Source of the DNA: an uncultured bacterium
Lineage (GTDB): Bacteria; Auribacterota; Erginobacteria; Erginobacterales; CAZKCI01
Direction of reading: 5' to 3'
Length of the DNA stretch: 32,000 bases
Assembly: GCA_964551475.1 (NCBI GenBank)
Contig: CAZKCI010000027.1
Coordinates: 45,050-77,049 of the forward strand
Shown: positions 14,570-21,975 of the stretch, piece by piece
Layout of the letters: every line of letters begins with the position of its first letter
How positions within the stretch are numbered: position 1 is the first letter of the stretch
The notes under the pieces: model-generated
Databases searched by the model: none
Seen by the model: only the letters and a program-made list of their open reading frames with translations
What the model was told of the DNA's origin: nothing
Made by a program: the position numbers and the translations under genes

Positions 14570-15325
14570 ATGCGCGCATCCACGATCATCGGCCTCATCG
14601 CAGCTTTTATCATCGTTTTCCTGTCCATTTTTCTCCGGGGGGGGATGCCGATGGTCATGCTTTTCGTCGACATCCCTTCCATGATCCTGACCGGCGGCTG
14701 CACCGTCGCCTGCATGTTCATCAACTTCACGCCCCGCCAGCTCTGGGATGGACTGCTCTCCTTCCGCTATTGCCTGGTGAGCAAGATGGCCACCCCAGCG
14801 GACGTGATCGAGGTCCTGGTAGAAATGGCGGTCAAGGCCCGCAAGGAGGGCTTCATGGCCCTGCGCGAGCTCTCCACCAAGGGGCGCTACCCCCTCCTCG
14901 ACATCGGCGTGGACCTGGTCGCCGACGGGACCGACCCCGAGGTGACCCGGGGCATCCTGGAGACGGTCTCCGACTACATCAACGTCAAGATCTCGGGCGA
15001 AGAGCGTTTCTGGCGAGACATGTCGATCTACGCCCCCTTCTTCGGGATGCTGGGGACGCTGGTGGGACTGATCATGCTTCTGAAGACACTGAAGGACCCG
15101 GAGACGATCGCCCCCAACATGTCGCTCGCCCTGGTCACCACGTTCTATGGCTGCGTCATCGCCGGCATCATTTGCATGCCGGTCGCGGGCAAGATCCACG
15201 TCTACAACACCAACCTGGCCTTGAGCCGCGAGATCATCATCGAAGGGATCGCGTCCATCCAGGCCGGCGACAACTCCCAGATCGTCCGCGAGAAGCTCCA
15301 GGCCTATCTCGCGGGGCTACAGTAA
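14570..15325 (+). CDS. motA: Flagellar-type stator A subunit (MotA/PomA family)
   Basis: 251 aa with 4 TM helices and a long TM2-TM3 cytoplasmic loop containing ARKEGFMALRE (the charged-residue region that contacts FliG in model systems). Also APFFGMLGTLVGLIMLL and ALVTTFYGCVIAGIICMPVAGKI, which carry the conserved prolines of the MotA channel helices. Confidence 0.9.
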   Translation: MRASTIIGLIAAFIIVFLSIFLRGGMPMVMLFVDIPSMILTGGCTVACMFINFTPRQLWDGLLSFRYCLVSKMATPADVIEVLVEMAVKARKEGFMALRELSTKGRYPLLDIGVDLVADGTDPEVTRGILETVSDYINVKISGEERFWRDMSIYAPFFGMLGTLVGLIMLLKTLKDPETIAPNMSLALVTTFYGCVIAGIICMPVAGKIHVYNTNLALSREIIIEGIASIQAGDNSQIVREKLQAYLAGLQ

Positions 15326-15423
15326 AAGTAAGGAAGACCGGGGAAACCGGGGGTGGGGCGGAAGCGCCCCCTCTCGTTTCCGCCGTGGTATATTTCCAGG
15401 AGCAGGTGGAGCGTCGATATCCT

Positions 15424-16245
15424 ATGCCCGTAGAGGACAAGCCGGTTCCGCGCGAACGCAAGCGGGTCAACCCCGACCAGGAGGGCGGCGGGCTCTCCTC
15501 CTCCTGGCCGCCCGTCTGGATGACCACCTACTCCGACATGATCACCAACCTGATGACCTTCTTCGTGCTCCTCTACGCCCTGACCATGGTGAGGATCCCC
15601 TTCGATCTGGTCAAGTTCGCTGAACCGGGAGACAAGCGCATTGTGCCCACCGGCAGCGAGGATTTTTTCTACACCGATGAAACCCAGTCAGCAGATGATA
15701 TCCAGGTTCTGGAGCAGATCGAACGGATGACGGCGGAAGACCGGCTGGCCTTGAGCGAGATGGCGACGTTCCAGGAGCAGGTGGAAGAACTGAAGCGGAC
15801 ACTGGAAAAGGGGAGGCTCGCCGACGGCGTAAAGGTGTTGATCACCGCCGAAGACGTGGTCATTGTCCCTTCCGCGCCCCTGATTTTCGCGGAAGGCTCG
15901 GACCGGATCAAAGAGTCCTTTTTCCCCATCCTCGACCGTCTGGCGGGGCTGATCAAGGATACCAAAGCCTCCGTCCGTATCGAGGGGCACACCGACGACA
16001 CGCCGATCGACCCCCTCCACCGGAACCGTTTCCCCAGCAACTACGAGCTCTCCGCCGCCCGGGCGATCGCCGTCGGCCGCTATTTTATCGAAAAGCACGC
16101 CGTGCCTCCCGAGCGGATCGCCGTGGCCGGCTACGGCCCCCTCCTCCCCCGCTTCCTGGCCAGCGAGCCCGAGAAGCGGGCGCTCAACCGCCGGGTCGAG
16201 TTCCATATTTTCATATCTTCGGCGACCCTCTCGAAAGAGGGCTGA
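15424..16245 (+). CDS. motB: Flagellar-type stator B subunit (MotB family, OmpA-like C-terminal domain), copy 1
   Basis: ORF 14770..16245(+) trimmed to the ATG at 15424, because the upstream part overlaps motA out of frame. In-frame GTG alternatives exist at 15385 and 15406. The plug/TM region WPPVWMTTYSDMITNLMTFFVLLYAL contains the conserved Asp. OmpA-like domain: VRIEGHTDDTPI, SNYELSAARAIAVGRYF, NRRVEFHIF. Confidence 0.85.
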   Translation: MPVEDKPVPRERKRVNPDQEGGGLSSSWPPVWMTTYSDMITNLMTFFVLLYALTMVRIPFDLVKFAEPGDKRIVPTGSEDFFYTDETQSADDIQVLEQIERMTAEDRLALSEMATFQEQVEELKRTLEKGRLADGVKVLITAEDVVIVPSAPLIFAEGSDRIKESFFPILDRLAGLIKDTKASVRIEGHTDDTPIDPLHRNRFPSNYELSAARAIAVGRYFIEKHAVPPERIAVAGYGPLLPRFLASEPEKRALNRRVEFHIFISSATLSKEG

Positions 16246-16250
16246 ACGCG

Positions 16251-17078
16251 ATGGGATCAAAAAGAAAAAGGATGGCCCAGGTGGAGGACAAGGGGCTGTC
16301 CGGCATGTGGCCCCCGGTCTGGATGACCACCTACTCCGACATGGTCACCAACGTGATGGTCTTTTTCGTCATCCTCTCCGCCATGCTCGTCCTCAAGATC
16401 GACGTGACCTTGATCGCCGGGCCAAAGATGCGCGGCGACAAAGAAAGGCCGACCAAGGTGAAAAAGCTAACCGCGGAACAGAAGACCATGGTCGACAATT
16501 TCCGCGCTCTGGAAGAACAGCAGATGCGGGAGGCTGCCTCGGTCACCAAGATGCAGCAGATCGGCGAGGAGATCGCCCAGTATATCCTGAAAGCCAATCT
16601 TCAGAAATTCGTCGTGGTGGAGACGACCAAGTGGAAGGTCAAGGTGGTCCCGCTCACCCCCTTCCTTTTCTCCCCCGGTCGGGCGGTCATCCGCCCGGAG
16701 TCCCGTGACTTCCTCGACCGCCTGGCCAAGTTCTTCAGCATCAACCCCGGCCAGATCCGGATCGCCGGCCATACCGATAACCTGCCCATCTACTCCGCCG
16801 AGTATCGCTCGAACTGGGAGCTCTCCGCCGCCCGGGCGGCCGCCATCATGAGGTATCTGGTGGAAGTCCACGGGCTCGATCCGAAGAGGTTCGTCGCGGT
16901 CGGCTGTGGGCCCTACCAACCGTTGGCGGACAACTCCACGCCGGAAGGGCGCAAGGAGAACCGCCGGGTGGAGATCGAGATCACTCAGGAACCCGAACCG
17001 GCGGGAAAGGCCGCAAAAGGCGGCATGGATGCGGCGGGGACCGCGGACGGCGGGGGGGCGGTCTCTCCGGCGAATTGA
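16251..17078 (+). CDS. motB: Flagellar-type stator B subunit (MotB family, OmpA-like C-terminal domain), copy 2
   Basis: 275 aa. WPPVWMTTYSDMVTNVMVFFVILSAM has the conserved Asp. OmpA-like domain: IRIAGHTDNLPI, SNWELSAARAAAIMRYL, NRRVEIEI. The start is 5 nt after copy 1's stop codon. Confidence 0.85.
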   Translation: MGSKRKRMAQVEDKGLSGMWPPVWMTTYSDMVTNVMVFFVILSAMLVLKIDVTLIAGPKMRGDKERPTKVKKLTAEQKTMVDNFRALEEQQMREAASVTKMQQIGEEIAQYILKANLQKFVVVETTKWKVKVVPLTPFLFSPGRAVIRPESRDFLDRLAKFFSINPGQIRIAGHTDNLPIYSAEYRSNWELSAARAAAIMRYLVEVHGLDPKRFVAVGCGPYQPLADNSTPEGRKENRRVEIEITQEPEPAGKAAKGGMDAAGTADGGGAVSPAN

Positions 17079-17239
17079 ACGACGGCCGGGGGGCGCGTCC
17101 AGGACGCTTCGGCCGCCGCGTGGCTTTTGCTGATCTCCAGCGCGCGCCGGATCGACTTCCCGATCTGCCAACCCGCCAGCGCCCCGAGTAGAACGCTCCC
17201 GGCGATCACTCCCATCCAGATCTTAGCCCCGATCCGCAT
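16985..17239 (-). CDS. Possible small single-pass membrane protein (speculative)
   Basis: Internal ATG at 17239 of ORF 16985..17446(-) gives MRIGAKIWMGVIAGSVLLGALAGWQIGKSIRRALEISKSH... This has one clear TM helix and G/C-rich third codon positions. However, the 3' 94 nt overlap the end of motB2 antisense, and no family is recognisable. Confidence 0.25.
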   Translation of the reverse strand: MRIGAKIWMGVIAGSVLLGALAGWQIGKSIRRALEISKSHAAAEASWTRPPAVVQFAGETAPPPSAVPAASMPPFAAFPAGSGS

Positions 17240-17319
17240 CCTTTCTCGGGGAAAGTGGGAGCGGGTGGAGATCCGTACGCGAACCTTCTGACGCCGGGGC
17301 GGCGCCGAGTCGCTTCCCG

Positions 17320-18438
17320 TCATAACCCCAGAGCCTTCCTGGCCTTGGCCAGCTTGATCCGGGCGTACTCGAAGAGGATGAGCGGATACATCCGCGGGTT
17401 GAACAGGATGTTCAGCGTGAGGAAGCACTCGTAGGTGCAGAAGCATTTGCTCTCCCGGATCGTCCGCCGGGCGGCGCGGGCCTTCTCCCCGAACCAGATC
17501 TTCTTGAAGTCATAGCCTTCCTTCCGTACGTTCCCGAGCTTCAGATCGGCGTGGAGCTCGCAAGGCAGCACGTCCCCGTTGGCGAAGAGGGCCGCCCCCA
17601 GCGTCCCCCCCTGGCAGGGCAGGATCATCCGGTTCTCCCGGATCAGGCGGGCGATGATCCGGTGCCGGATGATCCTCTTGGCGTTGATCAGGTCGGCCAG
17701 GGGGAAACGGGTGTAGCCGGTCAGCTCGCGCTGGCGCAACCCCTTCTCCATCGCCCGGGCATAACGCTCGTAGTTGTCGATGTTGAAGAACTTCGCCGAC
17801 GGCTCCATCGGCTTGCCCCGGGTGAGGAGGGTGAAGAGGGTGTCGGCCCCGAGAACCCGGGTGAAGTGGTCGTACATCTCGAGAAGTTTCGCGTCGTTGT
17901 AGGACGAGACGGTGGTCTCGATGGTGGAGGTGAAACGGGGGTATTCCTGCTCGAGCTTCTTCAGCTCGCGGAAGGTGGCGGTCGCCTTTTCGAAGAGGCC
18001 GGGGAAACCCCTGATCTCGTCGTGGTCGGCGCCGATCCCGTCCAGGGACACGTCCACCATCAGGTCGAGGCCGGGGCAGGACTTCAGGATAGACCGGGTC
18101 GTCTCCACCACCCGCTCGGTCAGCGACCCGTTGGTGGGAATGCCCACGTTCTGGACGCGGTTGTTGCGGTGGAAGATCTTGACGATCTCGGCGAGATCTT
18201 TGCGGAGAAACGGCTCGCCCCCGGTGGGAAGGAGGAAAAGGAAATCGTCCATGGAGCGGGAGACCTTCTCGATTTCTTCGATCGTGAGCTGGTCCTGGCC
18301 GGGGTCGATCCCGGCCAGCAGGCAGTGCCGGCAGCGGGCGTTGCAGGCGGAGGTGACGAAAAAGACCAGGTAGAGGGGCGAGGCGTTACCCTGGAAAAGA
18401 ACGCGGGGCGCGTATTTGAGATAGTGGAGAGATTTCAT
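17320..18438 (-). CDS. Radical SAM enzyme with a C-terminal SPASM-type auxiliary cluster domain
   Basis: 372 aa. It has the CNARCRHC (CxxxCxxC) motif near the N-terminus and GGEPFL. The C-terminal Cys-rich region is PCQGG...PCE...GN...CFCTYEC. Confidence 0.85.
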   Translation of the reverse strand: MKSLHYLKYAPRVLFQGNASPLYLVFFVTSACNARCRHCLLAGIDPGQDQLTIEEIEKVSRSMDDFLFLLPTGGEPFLRKDLAEIVKIFHRNNRVQNVGIPTNGSLTERVVETTRSILKSCPGLDLMVDVSLDGIGADHDEIRGFPGLFEKATATFRELKKLEQEYPRFTSTIETTVSSYNDAKLLEMYDHFTRVLGADTLFTLLTRGKPMEPSAKFFNIDNYERYARAMEKGLRQRELTGYTRFPLADLINAKRIIRHRIIARLIRENRMILPCQGGTLGAALFANGDVLPCELHADLKLGNVRKEGYDFKKIWFGEKARAARRTIRESKCFCTYECFLTLNILFNPRMYPLILFEYARIKLAKARKALGL

Positions 18439-18450
18439 CGCCGAACCACA

Positions 18451-18485
18451 GATTATAGATTATAGGCAACTAATTATACGCTATT
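18451..18485. repeat. Degenerate heptamer tandem array (GATTATA-type)
   Basis: GATTATA GATTATA GGCAACT AATTATA CGCTATT, between the stop at 18515 and the start at 18438 (minus strand). Confidence 0.65.
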
Positions 18486-18514
18486 CCGGGCCAGAGGCCA
18501 GCGCGCGGGGAGCG

Positions 18515-19660
18515 TTATAGGTTACGCATCTTTTTCCCCCTTCCTCCCAGCTGCCGGTACAGCTCCTCGTAGTCTCTGATCATCCTCCCCGCATCGAAGC
18601 GCTTGCGCACCGCCGCCGCGGCCCGTTCGCCCGTCTCCCGCCGCAGATCGGGATCGGCCAGGAGACGATCGATCGCCTCCGCCAGGGCGGGAGAATCCCG
18701 GGGCGGGACCAGTATCCCCGTCCGCCCGCTCTCGATGACTCCTGCCGCCCCCCCGACTGAAGTGACCACCGCCGGACGGGCGAGAGCCATCGCCTCCAGC
18801 AAGGCCAGGGAAAGCCCCTCGCGGATCGAGCTCAGGACAAAAACGTCGACGGCCGCGATGATCTCGATGGCGTCGGGGCGGGAACCGAGGAAATGGACGT
18901 TTCCGCCGATCCCCTTCTCCTCCGCCAGGCGTTCGAGATCGCCCCGGATCTCCCCCTCCCCCAGGACGAGAAAACGAACATCCCGGCGACGGGAAAGGAT
19001 CCTCGCGGCCGCCTCCAGAAAATAGACATGCCCCTTCTTCGGCGTGAGCGCGGCGACGATACCGACGAGAAGCGACTCCGGGGGGAGTTTGAGCCGGCGC
19101 ATCAGCTCCGGTCGGGAGACCGCAGCCGGCATCCTCTCAAAGTTGAGGCCGTTCTCGATCACCGTTATCCGGCCGGCGGCAATCCGACAGCACGAGACCA
19201 GGGAATCTCGGACGGGAGCGGAGACGGCGACCATCCGATCGGTGAGCAGGCTCAAAACGCGGTCGGCGGCCGCGCGCCGGGAACCCTTCCATTCGGATGT
19301 GTTGTGCTCGGTGTGGACGATCGCGGCGGGGACGCCCGAAAGGCGGACGGCGAGCGTCCCCCAGAGCCGGCTGGAAAAGAGGTGGGTGTGGACAATCGAA
19401 GGGCGGTACTCGCGGACGAGGCGGCGAAGACGGAGAAAGGCGGGAAGATCCCAGCGCGACCGGCGGCCGAGCAGGCGGACGGGGATGCCGGCGGCGGAGA
19501 TCATCTCGGCCGCTCCCCCGCCCCGGGTCAGGGCGGCCACGGCGAAGGAGAAGGAGACGGGGTCGCAGCGGGAAACGATGTCGAAGAGGAGTATCTCCGC
19601 CCCCTCCCGGGGGAGCGAGTCGATGATCTGGAGAATTTTGATTTTGGCTGGAGACGGCAT
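18515..19660 (-). CDS. Family 4 glycosyltransferase (GT-B fold)
   Basis: 381 aa. The N-terminus is KILQIIDSLPREGAE. The C-terminal domain has VFVLSSIREGLSLALLEAMALARPAVVTSVGG (the EX7E-type region). Confidence 0.85.
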   Translation of the reverse strand: MPSPAKIKILQIIDSLPREGAEILLFDIVSRCDPVSFSFAVAALTRGGGAAEMISAAGIPVRLLGRRSRWDLPAFLRLRRLVREYRPSIVHTHLFSSRLWGTLAVRLSGVPAAIVHTEHNTSEWKGSRRAAADRVLSLLTDRMVAVSAPVRDSLVSCCRIAAGRITVIENGLNFERMPAAVSRPELMRRLKLPPESLLVGIVAALTPKKGHVYFLEAAARILSRRRDVRFLVLGEGEIRGDLERLAEEKGIGGNVHFLGSRPDAIEIIAAVDVFVLSSIREGLSLALLEAMALARPAVVTSVGGAAGVIESGRTGILVPPRDSPALAEAIDRLLADPDLRRETGERAAAAVRKRFDAGRMIRDYEELYRQLGGRGKKMRNL

Positions 19661-19696
19661 TCTATTGATCCGAGCTTAATGTTCCTGACGGATCAT

Positions 19697-19838
19697 GTCG
19701 ATAGGTAAGGGCAAGGTTATCGGTCTGGTCTATGGGAAAGGTCTATGGTCTGGCTCGTCTGGCGGGTTGACAGGCCATACCTAACCCTAGCCCACTGACC
19801 AAACCGTTGACCTAACCCTTTCCCGCCCACCAACCCGT
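19697..19838. repeat. Palindromic intergenic element, family copy 2 (GTCGATAGGTAAGGG...)
   Basis: The left arm is GTCGATAGGTAAGGGCAAGGTTATCGGTCTGGTCTATGGGAAAGGTCTATGGTCTGG. The right arm is CCATACCTAACCCTAGCCCACTGACCAAACCGTTGACCTAACCCTTTCCCGCCCACCAACCC. By hand alignment the arms are about 70 percent complementary. Confidence 0.75.
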
Positions 19839-19853
19839 AGCCTGATCTCTCTG

Positions 19854-20672
19854 CTAGAACCAGGGGGTTCTTTGCCACAGCCAGTGCCAACAATCAAAAG
19901 CCCCCATGAGCTTCAACCGGAAGGCGGCGGGATCGTCGTCGGCCGAGATCTCCGTCCGGGGGAGGGCGAAAGGATCGCCAGACGGACGGCAGGCGCCCGG
20001 GGCCACCGTGACCGCTCCCCGGTATCCGGCGCTCTCGGCCAGACGGCGATGGAGCGGGTGGTTCCGCCCCCGGGGATAGGCGAACCACGCGGGGCGTGTC
20101 CCCAGCTTCTCCCCGATGATCCGCGCGCTCTCCTCGATCTCCTCCTTTGCCTCCTTCTCCGTAAGAGCGGTCAGCTCCCGGTGAGTGAGACCGTGGGAGC
20201 CGACGGTGACGCCGGCGCGCATAAGTTCCCCGAGCGACGCCCAGTCCAGGGGAACGTGCTCACCCGGCCGGCCGCGGTAACGCTCCAGTGAGATCTTCCC
20301 TTCGATCAGGCCCGGGACGACGAAGACGGCCGCGGGGAATCCCCGCTCGCGCAGGATCGGCCAGGCCGCGGAGTAAAAATCCCGGAAGCCGTCGTCGAAG
20401 GTCAGGGCGACGCGGGGACGGCAGCCGGCTCCCTCCGCCGCCAGCGCCGAGGAGAGCGGAACCACCTGCCAGCCGCCGGAACGGAGAAAGTCCATCTGAC
20501 GGGCGAAAGACTCCGGGTGAACGGAGAGGCGGTCCCCGGGGATGTCGGCGACGCGGTGATACATCAGCATCCGCGTTCCCCTCCCCCGGAAGGCCCGCTC
20601 GGCGGCCGCCAGCGGCCAAGCCAGGCGAGGAAGCAGGAAGCGGAGAGATTTTCGTATCCAGAACTGGTTCAT
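19854..20672 (-). CDS. Polysaccharide deacetylase (NodB homology domain), second copy in the locus
   Basis: ORF 19854..20780(-) trimmed to the ATG at 20672 (MNQFWIRKSLRFLLPRL). Motifs: MLMYHRV, ALTFDDGFRDF, VGSHGLTHREL, FAYPRGR. Confidence 0.8.
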   Translation of the reverse strand: MNQFWIRKSLRFLLPRLAWPLAAAERAFRGRGTRMLMYHRVADIPGDRLSVHPESFARQMDFLRSGGWQVVPLSSALAAEGAGCRPRVALTFDDGFRDFYSAAWPILRERGFPAAVFVVPGLIEGKISLERYRGRPGEHVPLDWASLGELMRAGVTVGSHGLTHRELTALTEKEAKEEIEESARIIGEKLGTRPAWFAYPRGRNHPLHRRLAESAGYRGAVTVAPGACRPSGDPFALPRTEISADDDPAAFRLKLMGAFDCWHWLWQRTPWF

Positions 20673-20728
20673 CGAAGACGAGCGGTTTCGCTGGCCCGAA
20701 TATATAAACGAGAATCCCGGATTTGAGA

Positions 20729-21841
20729 TTATCTGCGCTTCTCTACCACTTCCCGGTACATCTCCCCCAGCCTCCGGCACATCCGGGAGGCGCTGAACTC
20801 CCGGCAGACCCGTTCCCGTCCCGCCCGACCCAGGGCGACGGACCGTTCCGGCTCGGCGATCAGGGTGCGGATCCTTTCCGCCAGCATGGTCGGATCGGCG
20901 GGAGGGACCAGGAAGCCGTCGACGCCGTCCCGGATGACCTCGGCATTCGCCCCCACCTCCGTCGCGATCACCGGGAGACCCAGAGCCATCGCCTCGAGGA
21001 GGGCGTTGGGAAAACCCTCGGAGAGGGAGGGCAGGACAAAGATATCGAGTGAACGGAGAAAATCGGGAACGTCGACGACCTCACCCGGAAAATCCACGCG
21101 CCCGTCCAGGCCGAGAGAAGAGACGAGATCGCGCAGTCTCCCTTCGTAAGCCGGATCGATCGACCGGCCGCCGATCCGGACTGCGCAGTCCACTCCCCTT
21201 TGTGCCGTATCCGCCAGCGCCCGGAGGAGGTGCTCGTATCCCTTGATCGGGCGCAGGTTGCCCAGAGCCCCGAGAACGATCGGCCGGCCGGGAGTGATCC
21301 TCCGGGCGGAGGGCGCCCCCACCGAATCCGGATCGATCCCGTTATGGATCAGGACGACGCGGTTAACGGGGGCCTTTTCGCGGCTCAGAACGTAATCGCG
21401 GACGCCCAGCGAATTGACCGTGATCCGGGAGGAGAGAAGGTTGCCGATCCGGTTCGCCCAGAGGTGCCTGGGCTGCTGCCAGAAGCCCATGTCCCGGCGG
21501 CTGGTGATCACCGGTATCCCGGCGAGGAGGCCGGCAAGCGGGGCGACCACGTTGGCCGCGAAGAGATAGGCGTGGATGAGATCGGCCCGATCCCGCCGGG
21601 CGAGGCGGGCGAGGGCGAAGGCGGCGGCGAAATAGCGGGGACCGACCACGTTCCGGAAACCCAGCGTCTCGACGGCGAGGCCGGCCGACTTCAGCTCCTC
21701 GCCCAGGGCGCCGGTCTCGAGGAGGCAACAGAGGGAAGGGGCGAACTCGGGCCGGGAAAGCCCCCGGACAGCCTGGCAGAGATGGCGCTGGGCCCCCGCC
21801 CGGACCATCTTGTCAATGACATAGAGGACGTGGATGGACAT
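20729..21841 (-). CDS. Family 4 glycosyltransferase (GT-B fold)
   Basis: ORF 20729..21901(-) trimmed to the ATG at 21841 (MSIHVLYVIDKMVRAGAQRHL). The C-terminal domain has IFVLPSLSEGFPNALLEAMALGLPVIATEVGANAEV. Confidence 0.85.
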   Translation of the reverse strand: MSIHVLYVIDKMVRAGAQRHLCQAVRGLSRPEFAPSLCCLLETGALGEELKSAGLAVETLGFRNVVGPRYFAAAFALARLARRDRADLIHAYLFAANVVAPLAGLLAGIPVITSRRDMGFWQQPRHLWANRIGNLLSSRITVNSLGVRDYVLSREKAPVNRVVLIHNGIDPDSVGAPSARRITPGRPIVLGALGNLRPIKGYEHLLRALADTAQRGVDCAVRIGGRSIDPAYEGRLRDLVSSLGLDGRVDFPGEVVDVPDFLRSLDIFVLPSLSEGFPNALLEAMALGLPVIATEVGANAEVIRDGVDGFLVPPADPTMLAERIRTLIAEPERSVALGRAGRERVCREFSASRMCRRLGEMYREVVEKRR

Positions 21842-21852
21842 AGGAAAAGCAG

Positions 21853-21975
21853 TCGATGGGTCAAGGTTAGGAAATGGGTCTGGTAGATGGGCAAGGTCCA
21901 AGGTGCGTCGGGCCGGCCGGCTCGAACCTAACCCTTACCTCTAGACCAAACCCACTTCTTAACCCTCACCCATCA
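21853..21975. repeat. Palindromic intergenic element, family copy 3 (GTCGATGGGTCAAGG...); the best-formed hairpin
   Basis: The left arm is GTCGATGGGTCAAGGTTAGGAAATGGGTCTGGTAGATGGGCAAGGTCCAAGGTGCG. The reverse complement of the right arm is GGTTGATGGGTGAGGGTTAAGAAGTGGGTTTGGTCTAGAGGTAAGGGTTAGGTTCG. They match closely along about 55 nt. The central loop contains the palindrome GGCCGGCC. The right end overlaps the stop codon at 21973 and the left end is 11 nt from the ATG at 21841. Confidence 0.85.

Noticed and set aside
14770-15423. N-terminal 218 codons of ORF 14770..16245, which would make a 491-aa MotB.
   Set aside because: This part overlaps motA in another frame and translates to Pro/Arg/Gly-rich nonsense. 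MotB-like sequence begins only after the ATG at 15424.
14570-17078. MotA/MotB homologs as a Zorya (ZorAB) defence system or as ExbBD/TolQR.
   Set aside because: MotA here is a short canonical 4-TM protein with the large TM2-TM3 loop, not ZorA with a long C-terminal tail and not 3-TM ExbB/TolQ. The B subunits have OmpA-like domains. No ZorC/D, TonB or TolA-like genes are adjacent. FlbD and FliG-like sequences point to the flagellar-type lineage.
11298-17078. Interpreting the cassette as part of an ordinary complete flagellar gene cluster.
   Set aside because: No fliM, fliN, flhA/B, fliI, fliPQR, rod, hook or filament genes occur anywhere in the 32 kb. Both flanks are EPS genes. FliF and FliG are truncated and fused rather than canonical. 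A complete set elsewhere in the genome cannot be excluded from this window.
17079-17319. An intrinsic terminator in the convergent spacer after motB2.
   Set aside because: Only very short stems (4-5 bp, for example ACGC...GCGT) are present, with no U tract. This is not convincing.
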